DNA of 64,000 nt from an uncultured Actinomycetota bacterium (GCA_963789855.1 CAWBMM010000007.1:70842-134841), one strand, 5' to 3'; counted from the stretch's first letter, positions 9,967 to 19,775 are shown. Notes: generated by a model not told the origin, from the letters alone. Translations and numbers: made by a program.

Positions 9967-11208
9967 CTAGCCGTGGCTCGGGACCGGCCCGGCCGCGTTG
10001 AAGTTGCGGTTGCGGATCGAGAGCGTGACCCGGCAATGGCCGGTCGAGAGCCGGCAGGTGACGAGGTCTTCGTAGAAGTCGTCGAGCAGGACGACTCGGT
10101 CGGGGTCGAGCCATTGGACCATCTGCAGGATGTGTGAGTCGTCCCCGGCTTGCCGGCGGGGATTCTTCGCTGGATGACGCAGGTGCAGCGGCTGGCCGGT
10201 CAGGGCGACGGTGGCGGGGAACCCGGGCTCCGCGATCTCCCAGGTGCCGACCGCGACCAGGCGGGCGCCGTGCCGGACGAAGCTGAGGAAGGGGACGCCG
10301 CGGCGGATCAGCGGGTCGTGGGAGCGGCCGGTGAGCAGCCCGGGCCGGGCGCGCCGGTCAGCGTCGTAGTCGGCCGTGCTGACCGAGGACTGCAGCCCGG
10401 ACGCGGTCTCGAAGCGCATCACCCGCGCGGGCGGCTCGCACCCGTAGCCGGCCCCACTGGGGAGGTACCGGGTGCAAACGGGTCGGTCGGGCGACCAATA
10501 GACAACGTCGTCGTACACCGCGAGCGGCACCGCGTCCTTGTCGCCCAACCGGGCGAGCTCTTCCATGCCCTCGGTGTCGTAGACCACGATCCCGCCGGCC
10601 CGGTTCGTGGTTCCGGGGTCGATCCACGCCAGGGTCGAGCCGGCGGCGGTGGGGGCGATCTCGAAGCCGCGGACCCTGCTGCCCGAGGTGGTGCCGATCC
10701 GCACCGGCGCCGAGCCGTCGGTGAACCACACCCCCGCGGGGCCGGAGGGCAGGCCCAGCTCACCTTGCTCGATGACGGCAGGCATGCCGACAACGAACAC
10801 GGCACCATTGTCGGTGGCGTCCACATAGCCGACCGTCCTCCGTGCGCCCTTGGGCTCCGGGGGTATCTGCTGGTCGACGTCGATCGTGCGCGTGCCCCAG
10901 TGGATCTTGGTGCCGACGGTGTAGGTGAGCTGCCGGGCCAGCGCGCGGGTCTGCACGGTGTCGGTGGACTTGTGGTCGGTGGTCTTCTGGTCGGGCCGTG
11001 CCGGTGCCGACGCGCCGTTCCGGGCGCCTGGTGACACGAGTGCGGCGGCGCCCACCACCGCCACGACCGCCGCGGTGACCGCGGCCACGGCGGCGTGCCG
11101 GCGCCTGCGGATCCGTGACTCGCCCGCGGCGACCAGCGCCGCCACCTCCAGCTGCGGCGGTGAGAGCGCCTCGGCGCGCTTGCCGAGGGCGCGCAGCGAG
11201 TCGTTCAT
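9967..11208 (-). CDS. putative anti-sigma factor / single-pass membrane protein
   Basis: 413 aa. The start overlaps the stop of the ECF sigma gene (ATGA at 11205-11208). Short cytoplasmic N-terminus, one TM ('AAVAAVTAAVVAVVGAAALV') and a large extracytoplasmic domain. Confidence 0.6.
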   Translation of the reverse strand: MNDSLRALGKRAEALSPPQLEVAALVAAGESRIRRRRHAAVAAVTAAVVAVVGAAALVSPGARNGASAPARPDQKTTDHKSTDTVQTRALARQLTYTVGTKIHWGTRTIDVDQQIPPEPKGARRTVGYVDATDNGAVFVVGMPAVIEQGELGLPSGPAGVWFTDGSAPVRIGTTSGSRVRGFEIAPTAAGSTLAWIDPGTTNRAGGIVVYDTEGMEELARLGDKDAVPLAVYDDVVYWSPDRPVCTRYLPSGAGYGCEPPARVMRFETASGLQSSVSTADYDADRRARPGLLTGRSHDPLIRRGVPFLSFVRHGARLVAVGTWEIAEPGFPATVALTGQPLHLRHPAKNPRRQAGDDSHILQMVQWLDPDRVVLLDDFYEDLVTCRLSTGHCRVTLSIRNRNFNAAGPVPSHG

Positions 11209-11732
11209 GACGTCACCGCCGACTCATCCGAGGTTGGCAACGAGAACTCAGCACCCATCCGGTCCCGCAACTTGGCCAGCCCCCGCGACGCGTGCCGCTT
11301 CACAGTGCCGACCGAGCAGCCCATCAACTCAGCCGTCTGCGCCTCGGAGAGGTCCTGGCAGTAGCGCAGCACGACCGCTGCTCGCTGCCGCGGCGGCAGC
11401 GCGAGAAGCTGTCTCCACAGGTCAGCGTCGGCAGCGATCACGTCCGCCACGTCTCCCACCACCAGGTCCGGCAGCGCCTCAGCTGGCCGCTCATGAAACG
11501 ACCTCCGCCGGCGCCACGAGGTCGCGGTCGTCACGATGACCCTCCGGGCGTACGCCTCGGCGCTTCCCACCTCGCGCAGCCGCGGCCACGCGACGTACGT
11601 CTTCACCAAGGACTCTTGCAACAGATCCTGGGCCAACTGATGGTCACCCACCACCAGCAGCGCGGTCCCGAACAGCCGAGAGGAGCGGAGCGCCACGAAC
11701 TCGTGAAACGCCGCCTCCTGCCGCTCGCGCAC
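11205..11732 (-). CDS. ECF (sigma-70 family) RNA polymerase sigma factor
   Basis: Region 2 'DLLQESLVKTYVAWPRL' and region 4 HTH 'LSEAQTAELMGCSVGTVKRHASRGLAKLR'. GTG 11732 is preferred (GAGAGGGG upstream). The rare TTA/AGA codons further upstream argue against the 11789 start. 11738 and 11750 are alternatives. Confidence 0.8.
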   Translation of the reverse strand: MRERQEAAFHEFVALRSSRLFGTALLVVGDHQLAQDLLQESLVKTYVAWPRLREVGSAEAYARRVIVTTATSWRRRRSFHERPAEALPDLVVGDVADVIAADADLWRQLLALPPRQRAAVVLRYCQDLSEAQTAELMGCSVGTVKRHASRGLAKLRDRMGAEFSLPTSDESAVTS

Positions 11733-12543
11733 CGCCACGACCCCTCTCACAGCCCAGCCAGACCCATCGCCTCTACATAAGAGACGCACTGAGCAGGCCC
11801 GCAGGGTGACAACCGCAGCCGACGGCTAACACGGCAACACCTTGTGTCGGCCGTTCTGAGCGCTCTAGGCGACTCAGAAAACCCCACCTGTTGCCGTACT
11901 GGCGCTGCGGGGGGAAGGAGTGCCAGGCCTTGCCGCGAGGTCTGGGCGGCGGCCTGGTGCTCGGCGGTCACGTGCGCCGAACGGTGACGGCCCCCCCTGC
12001 GGCTTCGCGATGCCCCCATTGCGCGCCGCACGGCCGTCACTGGTGACGAGTGTGCCCGCGACCTCGGCGCACGACCATCGCCAGGTCGGCCGATCCGCTG
12101 TCATCCGTTCGGCCAGGGTGGTGACGCGGCAGTGGAACGGGACCGCGACGAAGGTACGGGGGAGAACCCTCGCCGCGATCCCTGCGACCACTCTCGTCGA
12201 GGAGCCGGGCGGCGTCAGTAGGCAGCGTGTCCGTATCGGTGGACGTTTCGTCCAGCGACCCCCGTCACACAGGTTCGTCCCAAGGTCGTCGGCCTAGCGT
12301 CGGGACGTCACTGGCCACCCACCGTGACGCCAGACCCCGGTGCGTCCTCCGACACCCCCCGTCCGACGGCGCACCGGGGTACCCGCGGCCGCCGTCTCCC
12401 ATCCGCGCCGGCCGCCGTCGGCTGCGCCGGAGGAGGTGGCCCGATCGGGCTCCTCCGATCGGGTGGCAGGGGCCGTGGTGCATCAAGACCAGGTTCCCGG
12501 CGCCGATACAGGGTCACGAGCGGGCGTCTGGAGGGAGAACGCT

Positions 12544-14859
12544 GTGACGACCAGCGCCACGCCAGCTGAGGCGTGGGTCGGCTTTCGACGTGTCAGCCCG
12601 GTGAACGTCTTCTACGGGCTGGTGGCTGCCGTGTTCGCCACCTTCGTGATCTCGACGATCCCCGGTGTCCGGTCGCACTCCGGCTACAGCCTCTTCCTGG
12701 ACGGAATCCTCAACAACCTCGCCTACGAGCTGAGTGCCGTCGTCTGCTTCGTGCGGGCGCGGCAGGCGCCGGCGTACCGGCGCAGCTGGATGATCTTCGG
12801 CACCGGGCTCGCGCTGTACGGCGCGGGCAACATCTACTGGACGATCTTCATCCGCACCCAGGACCCGGAGCCGTTCCCGTCGATGGCGGATGCCCTCTGG
12901 CTCTCGTTCTACCCGTGCGCGTTCATCGCTCTCCTGCTGATCGTCCGCGAGATCGCCGAGGACGTCCCGCTCAGCCTCTGGCTCGACGGCGTCGTCGGGG
13001 GGCTGGCGGTCGCCGGGGTCGCCGCCGCGTTCTTCGGGCCGATCTTCGCGGTTACCGGGGGCAGCAGGACGGCCGTGGCCACGACCCTGGCCTACCCGCT
13101 GCTGGACGTGCTGCTGCTGCTCGTCGTCACCGCGGTGGTGGCGCTGTTCAACTGGCACCCACCCGCCAGCCTGTGGCTGCTGGTCAGCGGGCTGGTCCTG
13201 TTCGCGATCGCCGACGCCATGTACCTGTTCTCCGCCGCCAACGGCACCTACCAGCCCGGCGAGTGGGGTGATGCGGTCTGGGTCGTGGCCACGCTGGTGA
13301 TCGCCTTCGCGCCGTCCCGGATGAAGCAGCAGAGCGGCATCCTGCTGCCGGACTGGGTGCGGCTCGGCTTCCCGGTCGGAGCGACGCTGTGCGCACTCGT
13401 CGTGCTCGTCTACGACCACGAGCACCTGCTGAACCTGGTGGCGGTCGCGCTGTGCACGGCCACCGTGGTCATCGCGATGGGTCGGCTCATCGTCACCTTC
13501 CGCGAGGCCACCCTGCTGGCCGGCAGCCATCAGCTGGCGCGCACCGACGAGCTGACCGGCTTGAGCAACCGGCGCTGCTTCTACGACCACGCGCAGCAGC
13601 GGCTGACCCGTGGGCAGGCCCACGGGGCGTTGCTGCTCCTCGACCTGGACCGCTTCAAGGAGGTCAACGACAGCCTCGGGCACCACGCCGGCGACACGCT
13701 GCTGCGGCTCGTCGCCTCGCGGCTGAAGAAGAAGTTCCACAGCAGCACCGACGTCCTCGCCCGGCTGGGCGGCGACGAGTTCGCCGTGCTGCTGCTCGAT
13801 GCCGACCGCGCCGACGCGGAGCAGGTCGCACTCGGCATCCGCGAGGCGCTGGAGCCGCCGTTCTCGCTGGACGGCGTGACGGTGCGGGTCAACGCCAGTG
13901 TCGGCATCTCGCTGTTCCCCGACCAGGGGGAGGAGGTCTCCACCCTGCTGCGCCGCGCCGACATCGCCATGTACCAGGCGAAGGCGAGCAGGTCGGGGAC
14001 CGCGGTCTACCTGCCGACCGACGACCCCATGCACGGCCAGCACCGGCTGCGCAACCTGGAGGAGCTGCGGACCGCGATCTACAGCCGGTCGCTCGTGGTG
14101 CACTACCAGCCCAAGGTCGACGCCCGCACCCTCGCGGTGACCGGTGTCGAGGCGCTGGTCCGCTGGCAGCACCCGACCCGCGGCCTGCTGCTGCCCGCCG
14201 CTTTCCTCCCGCTGGTCGAGGACGCCGGGCTGATGCGCGAGCTGACCGACGCGGTCCTCGAGCAGTCGCTCGACCAGGTCAGCCGCTGGCGCAGCGCCGG
14301 CCGGGTGCTGAGCGTTGCCGTCAACCTCTCCGCCTCGTCCCTGGTCGACGCCGACCTGGCCGCACGGGTCTGGTCGGCCATCTGCGACCGCGACCTGCCG
14401 GCCGAGGCGCTGGAGCTGGAGATCACCGAGGACTTCCTGATGGGCGACCGGGAGCGCGCCCGCGCCGTCCTGAGCGACCTGCGGCGGCTCGGCATCCGGG
14501 TCGCGGTCGACGACTTCGGGACGGGCTACTCGTCGCTCGCGTACCTTCGCGAGCTGCCCATCGACGAGCTGAAGCTGGACCGCTCGTTCGTCATGCCGAT
14601 GGGTGAGGACCCGCGGGCCGCCGCGATCGTCCGGTCCACGATCGACCTGGCCCACTCCCTGGGCATGACGATGGTCGCCGAAGGGGTCGAGGACGGTCAG
14701 ACCGCGGGGCAGCTCGCGATGTCACGGTGCGACAAGATCCAGGGCTTCTTCTTCTCCAAGGCGCTTCCGGCCGACGAGCTCGAGCTCTGGATGGACGCGC
14801 GAGGTCCAGAGGTCTGCGCGCCACGGGTGCCGTCGCCCGACGAGGCGGCCGTCCAGTGA
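12544..14859 (+). CDS. membrane-bound GGDEF-EAL protein (c-di-GMP turnover)
   Basis: GTG 12544 after GGAGGGAG. Multi-TM N-terminus. 'RLGGDEFAVLL' (GGDEF); 'VEALVRW', 'DDFGTGYSSLAYL', 'KLDRSFV', 'VAEGVEDG', 'QGFFFSKA' (EAL). The 68 codons upstream in ORF 12340-14859 are Pro/Arg-rich and discounted. Confidence 0.85.
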   Translation: MTTSATPAEAWVGFRRVSPVNVFYGLVAAVFATFVISTIPGVRSHSGYSLFLDGILNNLAYELSAVVCFVRARQAPAYRRSWMIFGTGLALYGAGNIYWTIFIRTQDPEPFPSMADALWLSFYPCAFIALLLIVREIAEDVPLSLWLDGVVGGLAVAGVAAAFFGPIFAVTGGSRTAVATTLAYPLLDVLLLLVVTAVVALFNWHPPASLWLLVSGLVLFAIADAMYLFSAANGTYQPGEWGDAVWVVATLVIAFAPSRMKQQSGILLPDWVRLGFPVGATLCALVVLVYDHEHLLNLVAVALCTATVVIAMGRLIVTFREATLLAGSHQLARTDELTGLSNRRCFYDHAQQRLTRGQAHGALLLLDLDRFKEVNDSLGHHAGDTLLRLVASRLKKKFHSSTDVLARLGGDEFAVLLLDADRADAEQVALGIREALEPPFSLDGVTVRVNASVGISLFPDQGEEVSTLLRRADIAMYQAKASRSGTAVYLPTDDPMHGQHRLRNLEELRTAIYSRSLVVHYQPKVDARTLAVTGVEALVRWQHPTRGLLLPAAFLPLVEDAGLMRELTDAVLEQSLDQVSRWRSAGRVLSVAVNLSASSLVDADLAARVWSAICDRDLPAEALELEITEDFLMGDRERARAVLSDLRRLGIRVAVDDFGTGYSSLAYLRELPIDELKLDRSFVMPMGEDPRAAAIVRSTIDLAHSLGMTMVAEGVEDGQTAGQLAMSRCDKIQGFFFSKALPADELELWMDARGPEVCAPRVPSPDEAAVQ

Positions 14860-15947
14860 CGGTCACCGAGGCGGTCCCGGACGACCCGGCTGCCGTGCGG
14901 GGCATGGGGCGGGAGACCGGGTACGTCGGGCAGCGGGTCGCCGTCGAGCGGCACCACGGGCGGGGAGCACTCGCCCGGCTCGCCGGTGAGCTGGCTGCCC
15001 TCGCGGACAGCTGCGCCGCGCCCCTCACCGCTGGCCTGCCGTGGCAACTCGCGGCCGGGGCAGCCTGGGCCGACCACCGGCCGTGGGCCCTGGTCGCGCG
15101 CGACGAGCGGGGCTTCGCCGTCGGGGCGGTCGTGCTCATCGACGTCATGGGCGGCCGACGTGCACTGATGACGACACTGGCCGGCACGGACGGTGGCCAC
15201 CGCGGCCGGGTCCTCACCGAGGACGCCGACGTCGCGCACGCCCTCGGAGTCGGGCTGCTCCTGGCGCTCGGCGAGCAACGCAACCCGCCCGCGGTCCTGG
15301 GCCCGCTGCCCTCCGGTGACCCCGTCGTCGAGGCCTTCGCCGCGGGCCTCGTCGGCTCGCAGGTGGAGCCGCAGCCGGCTGTCCCGGTGATCCGCCGGCT
15401 GCCTCCCGGCGAAGGGGACTACCTGTCCGCCGGCATGCGCCGGACGTTGCGCAAGGCGGCGAACCGGCTGGCGGCGGACGGTCTCGAGACGGCGGTGCGG
15501 TTCAGCAACGACGAAGCAGAGATCCTGCGGCTGCTGCCCCAGCTCGAGCAGGTGCACCGTGAGCGGGACCATCTGGCCGGCCGGATCAGCGAGCTCGACG
15601 ACGAGGTCAGCCACCTGATCAGGCAGCACCGGATCCGGTTCCTGGCGGGCTCCGGAGCCCTCGAGCTGGCGACGTTGCACATCGACGGAGAGCTGGCCGC
15701 CTACACCTTGGGGTTCGTCGACCGCGCGGCGTACCGCCTCCTGGAGGGCCGTTTCGTCTCGCGCTGGGCTCGGTACTCCCCGGGCCGGGTGCTCGAGGCG
15801 GCTGTCGTCGAGCGGGCGCTGGCCGACGGCTCGATCGCGACGTTCGACTGGATGACAGCCGTGGCACCGGAGAGCCTGCTCGGCCAGAACGCCACGGACC
15901 CGATGGTCGTCGTACGGCTCGACAGCAACGGCCGACCCACGGACTAG
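14856..15947 (+). CDS. CelD/BioF2-like GNAT acetyltransferase family protein
   Basis: GTG 14856 overlaps the GGDEF-EAL stop (GTGA). C-terminal 'LATLHIDGELAAYTLGFVDRAAYRLLEGRFVSRWARYSPGRVLEAAVVERA...FDWM' matches the CelD-type acetyltransferase pattern. Confidence 0.65.
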   Translation: MTVTEAVPDDPAAVRGMGRETGYVGQRVAVERHHGRGALARLAGELAALADSCAAPLTAGLPWQLAAGAAWADHRPWALVARDERGFAVGAVVLIDVMGGRRALMTTLAGTDGGHRGRVLTEDADVAHALGVGLLLALGEQRNPPAVLGPLPSGDPVVEAFAAGLVGSQVEPQPAVPVIRRLPPGEGDYLSAGMRRTLRKAANRLAADGLETAVRFSNDEAEILRLLPQLEQVHRERDHLAGRISELDDEVSHLIRQHRIRFLAGSGALELATLHIDGELAAYTLGFVDRAAYRLLEGRFVSRWARYSPGRVLEAAVVERALADGSIATFDWMTAVAPESLLGQNATDPMVVVRLDSNGRPTD

Positions 15948-17405
15948 AGACCGGTCTGGGCCTCGAGGCGCCCGGTCTTGACGGCTTCGACGAGGGCTTG
16001 GTAGTCGCGCTCGTTCTGGTCGGCGTAGGCGCGCGGCGAAGTCGGCGATGGCCTGGTCGAAGCTGTCACTCTTGCCGAGGTAGGCCGCGATGGCGATCCG
16101 GTCGCCGGACCGGGCGTGCGCCCGGGCGAGGGCCGCTGCGCAGATCCGGGCGTAGAGCACCATGGCGGGTGAGGACATGGTGTCGATGTCGGCCGAGCCC
16201 TTCCAGTCGCGCAGCTGCCGGAGGTAGAAGTCGCGGACCTTGCCGTCGACGCCGGTGACGCGCTGCCAGCCGAGGAAGATGTCGCTCGCCGCCTGCATCA
16301 GCCGCTGTCCGGCGACCACGCGCTGACCGGCGTTCGTGTAGCGGCTCTTCCCGACGAAACGCTCGAGGACCGACTCCTGGGCCTCCTTGGCCTGCAGGAA
16401 CAGCGGGTCCTGGTCGTCCCGGCCGAGCAGCAGCAGGATCCAGGCCCGGGTCCCGACGCTGCCGACTCCGACGACCTTGCGGGCGGCGTGGACGTAGTGG
16501 AAGTCCTCCAGCAGGTGCCTGCGGTCGGTCTCCAGCGTGCGCCGGTAGGAGCGGATCAGGGAGCGCAGTGCCTCCTCGGTCGCCTCGCGCTCCGTGCCGG
16601 GCGGCAGGACGTCCTCGATCGGGACGATCAGCGGCGGGTCCCCGATGATCTGGCGTTCGCCGTCGACCTGGTGGGTGAGCTTGGCGAAGGCCTGCATGCT
16701 GTCCTTGGTGCGCGCTTTCGCGAGGTTCTGCTCGACCTTCTTGCGCTGCTGGGCGGTCGCTTCCGAGCCCAGCTGCTCGAGCAGCTGGCCCATCTCGATG
16801 TGGGCGTACCAGACGTCGAGGTTGCGCATCTGCGCGGCCTGCTTCATCCGGGCGCGGTACTCGGCCACGCCGGCCATCACGACCGTGCGGCGATCCGGCG
16901 GTGCGAACCCTCGGTCGCGGCCGGCGACCTCGAGGCTGGCAGCCAGCCGTTTGACGTCCCACTCCCACGGCCCGGGAAGGGTTTCGTCGAAGTCGTTGAT
17001 GTCGAACATCAGCTGACGCTCGGGGGAGGCGAACACGCCGAAGTTCGACAGGTGCGCGTCACCGCAGAGCTGGACGTTCAGGCCCGAGCGGGGGGTGGCG
17101 GCCAGGTCGGCGGCCATGATGAGGGCGGCACCGCGGTAGAAGGTGAAGGGCGAGACCAGCATCCGGCCGTACCGGATCGGCACCAGCTCCGGCACCCGGC
17201 TGCTGGCCTGCTCCTCGAGCAGCGCGATCGGGTCCGGCCGGTTCGCCGCCGGCTCCCAGCCGCTGTGGCTGCTCCGCGGGACCTCGTTGCGCGCGGCCTT
17301 GCCGCGGGCACTGCGCTCCGCGGGCGAGAGGTGGGCGATCTTGCGGGCCGGCGGGGTCGTGTACCGGTCGACGGACCGCTGCTCGGCAACATGTCCTGGA
17401 CTCAT
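15944..17405 (-). pseudogene. DUF2252 family protein (copy 1), one frame break near the 3' end
   Basis: MSPGHVAEQRS...PELVPIRYGRMLVSPFTFYRGAALIMAADL...LCGDAHLSNFG...NDFDETLPGPWEWDVKRL...ARAHARSGD. After 'AIADFAAR' one surplus base (about 16029) displaces the conserved end 'YADQNERDYQALVEAVKTGRLEAQTGL*'. That end terminates at 15944, inside the CTAG shared with the convergent GNAT gene. Confidence 0.8.
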
Positions 17406-17471
17406 GGGTCTCCTCGCGTCCTGGCCATGGTGCCTGCGTGACCTGGCCCGGTTGCCGGGCGGGTCCGGTCA

Positions 17472-17501
17472 GGAGCACGCCGGCGGGCGCCGGCGTGCTC
17501 C
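17472..17501 (-). terminator. GC-rich hairpin downstream of the PLDc_N/SHOCT gene
   Basis: ggagcacgccgg cgggcg ccggcgtgctcc: perfect 12-13 bp stem, 10 nt after the stop at 17511. No U-tract, as is common in GC-rich actinobacteria. Confidence 0.5.
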
Positions 17502-17510
17502 ACCAGGCGA

Positions 17511-17912
17511 TCAGGCCGTCAGGGCCTTGGACTTCATGGCGTCGAACTCGGCCTGGGTGATCGCACCGCTGTCCAGCAGCGACTTGGCCTGGGCGATCTG
17601 GTCGGCTGCCGAGCTCGAGGAGCCGGCAGCTGCGCGGATCTGGGCGTTCATGGCCTCCTGCGTCTCCTTCTGCTGCGCGGCGGCCCGGGCGTTCATCCCG
17701 TGGCCGCGGACCAGCAGGTAGATCAGGATTCCGAGGAACGGCAGCAGGATCAGGAAGATGACCCAGAGGACCTTCACCCCACCCGAGGTCTCGTGGTCGC
17801 GGAACAGGTCGGAGAAGATCGCGATCAGCAGCCAGAACCAGATCACGAAGAGGAAGAACTCCAGCATCCAGAGGAAGACGTCCCCGTTGCCGAACGAGCT
17901 GAACGTGGTCAT
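17511..17912 (-). CDS. small membrane protein with PLDc_N-type N-terminus and C-terminal SHOCT motif (copy 1)
   Basis: 133 aa with two TM helices including 'VLWVIFLILLPFLGILIYLLVRG'. C-terminal 'AKSLLDSGAITQAEFDAMKSKAL'. Confidence 0.8.
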   Translation of the reverse strand: MTTFSSFGNGDVFLWMLEFFLFVIWFWLLIAIFSDLFRDHETSGGVKVLWVIFLILLPFLGILIYLLVRGHGMNARAAAQQKETQEAMNAQIRAAAGSSSSAADQIAQAKSLLDSGAITQAEFDAMKSKALTA

Positions 17913-18054
17913 TGTGTCGAAGTCTCCTGTGACGAGAGGTGCGGGTGTGGCTGAGCTGCGTGTCCACGCCTCTCAGCGGCGAGCGTGTCCGTCACGGTCC
18001 GCCGGACCCATCGTGGCCCCGCCGAAGCCGGTCGGGACCACCCCAATCGGGTGA

Positions 18055-18477
18055 TCACCCGGGTGAATCGGTCAACCCGGCCGGGTTCGTCCCGCTCCTG
18101 GCGGCCGCCCGGGCGACTCGGCTGGCACCGCCGACCATGGCGCGTCGCCACGGGACGACGCCCTCGATCTCGACCTCGATCGAGAAGCTCAGGATGGTCC
18201 GGATCAGCACGATGACGCCGAGGATCGCGACGTTCTCCAGGGTCGGGGCGACCGCGACGGTCCGGACCAGGTCGGCAGCGACCAGGATCTCCAGGCCGAG
18301 CAGGATGACCCCGCCGAACGCCTCGCGCATCACCTGGTAGGCCCGTCGACCGTCGCCCGAGACGCGCCAGGACCGGAACGCGAGCCCGACACACACGAAC
18401 AGCCCGCCCAGCAGCACCGCTGCCCCGATCGCCTCGAAGAGCTGAGCCACGTGCTCCATCGACTCGGTGAAGGTCAT
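18055..18477 (-). CDS. DUF1622 family membrane protein
   Basis: ATG 18477. 'MTFTESMEHVAQLFEAIGAAVLLGG...GGVILLGLEILVAADLVRTV...ILGVIVLIRTILSFSIEVEIEG'. This is the C-terminal part of the chimeric ORF 18055-19719. Confidence 0.7.
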   Translation of the reverse strand: MTFTESMEHVAQLFEAIGAAVLLGGLFVCVGLAFRSWRVSGDGRRAYQVMREAFGGVILLGLEILVAADLVRTVAVAPTLENVAILGVIVLIRTILSFSIEVEIEGVVPWRRAMVGGASRVARAAARSGTNPAGLTDSPG

Positions 18478-18488
18478 GAGCGGGGAGC

Positions 18489-19775
18489 CTAGGGCCCGCC
18501 GAGCGTCCGGCGACCGGGTCGCCACGAAGCGCCCGGTGGCTCCGGAGCCGGGAGCGACCTGGCCCACGGCAGCGACAGGTAGCTGACCCGGTCGCCGGCG
18601 GCTGCTCCGTGCGGCTCGACGACGGCGAGGCCTGACGCGGCGGCCAGGCCGCGCAGCATGGCCGAGCCGCAGGACGGCAGCACCTCGGCGAGGTCGCGCG
18701 GGCCGCGGGCCACCGGAAGCAGTCGGTGACCGTCGCCGACTCGTCCGGGCTGCGCGGCCGACAGGCGCACCGTGTCGGGCGCCGGCTGTGGCCGGCCCGC
18801 CAACGCGAGCAGCAGCGGCTCGACCAGCGTGACCAGCGCGGCGCAGGCCGCGAACGGGTTGCCCGGCAGGCCGACGAGCCACCGGTCCCGGGGCAGCGAG
18901 GCGAGCAGCATCGGGTGGCCCGGTTTGACGTCGACACCGTCGACCAGCAGCCGGCCACCGATGGCGTGGACCGCTGCGTGCACGTGGTCCCGCGGGCCGG
19001 CGCTGGTGCCGCCGGTCGTCACGATCACGTCGGCGCCGCTGTGACGCAGTGCCGCCGTGAGGGACGTCAACCGGTCGGGCAGCCGCTGCAGGTTCTGCTG
19101 CCGTACGCCGAACGCGGCCAGCCAGCCAGGCAGCTGCGGGCCGAGCGCGTCGCGCGTGCAGCCGTTGCGGGCCGGCCCGGTGTCGAGCAGCTCGTCGCCG
19201 AGCACCAGCACCTCGACCCTCGGTGCCGGGACCACGAGCAGGGTGTCGTTGCCGGCGGCGGCCGCGAGCCCGAGCACCGGTGGGGTCACCAGGGCCCTCG
19301 CGCGCAGGAGCAGGTCTCCGCCGCGGGCCTCCTCGCCGGCGTACCGGATGTGGCTGCGCGGGTTGCCGTCCCTCGGCGGTGGTGCCACCGGCCGAACGCC
19401 CGACGCGTCTCGGGTGGAGTCCTCCACCGGGACCACCGCCTCGGCGCCCGGCGGCAGGCTGGCACCGGTGGCGATGCGCACGCCCTCGCCGGCGCGCAGT
19501 CGCGCCCCGGGCAGCGTCCCTGCGGGTAGGTCGGCCACGATCCGCCAGGGCGGCGGCCCGGCCACCGCCCAGCCGTCCATCGCCGAGTTGTCGGCCGCCG
19601 GGAGGTCGTTGCGAGCCGTCAGGTCCTCGGCCAGGACGCAACCCAGCGCCTCGGCGAGGGTGCGGCGCACCGGGCTCAGAGGCAGCGCACCGGCCGCCGC
19701 GAGCCGCGCGAGCGGCCACGCCCGGCCACCGCGTCGCCGGCCGGGCCGCGCCCTGCTGGCCGCCGGCGCGGTCAT
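18489..19775 (-). CDS. moeA: molybdopterin molybdenumtransferase MoeA
   Basis: 428 aa, uninterrupted. 'SAMDGWAV', 'VLVLGDELL', 'VIVTTGGTSAGPRDH', 'KPGHPMLLA', 'GLPGNPFAA'. The ATG overlaps the narI stop (ATGA 19772-19775). Confidence 0.85.
   Translation of the reverse strand: MTAPAASRARPGRRRGGRAWPLARLAAAGALPLSPVRRTLAEALGCVLAEDLTARNDLPAADNSAMDGWAVAGPPPWRIVADLPAGTLPGARLRAGEGVRIATGASLPPGAEAVVPVEDSTRDASGVRPVAPPPRDGNPRSHIRYAGEEARGGDLLLRARALVTPPVLGLAAAAGNDTLLVVPAPRVEVLVLGDELLDTGPARNGCTRDALGPQLPGWLAAFGVRQQNLQRLPDRLTSLTAALRHSGADVIVTTGGTSAGPRDHVHAAVHAIGGRLLVDGVDVKPGHPMLLASLPRDRWLVGLPGNPFAACAALVTLVEPLLLALAGRPQPAPDTVRLSAAQPGRVGDGHRLLPVARGPRDLAEVLPSCGSAMLRGLAAASGLAVVEPHGAAAGDRVSYLSLPWARSLPAPEPPGASWRPGRRTLGGP

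Noticed and set aside
11874-12191. Possible integrase or other gene remnant on the minus strand ('...RPTWRWSCAEVAGTLVTSDG...').
   Set aside because: The resemblance to the recombinase 'LRWSDVDLDAGTL' block is weak and isolated, and the rest of the ORF is low-complexity. I kept it only as part of the unexplained spacer finding.
12340-12543. c-di-GMP riboswitch or N-terminal extension upstream of the GGDEF-EAL gene.
   Set aside because: I recognised no GEMM-like conserved elements. The 68 upstream codons are Pro/Arg-rich, and a good RBS precedes GTG 12544.
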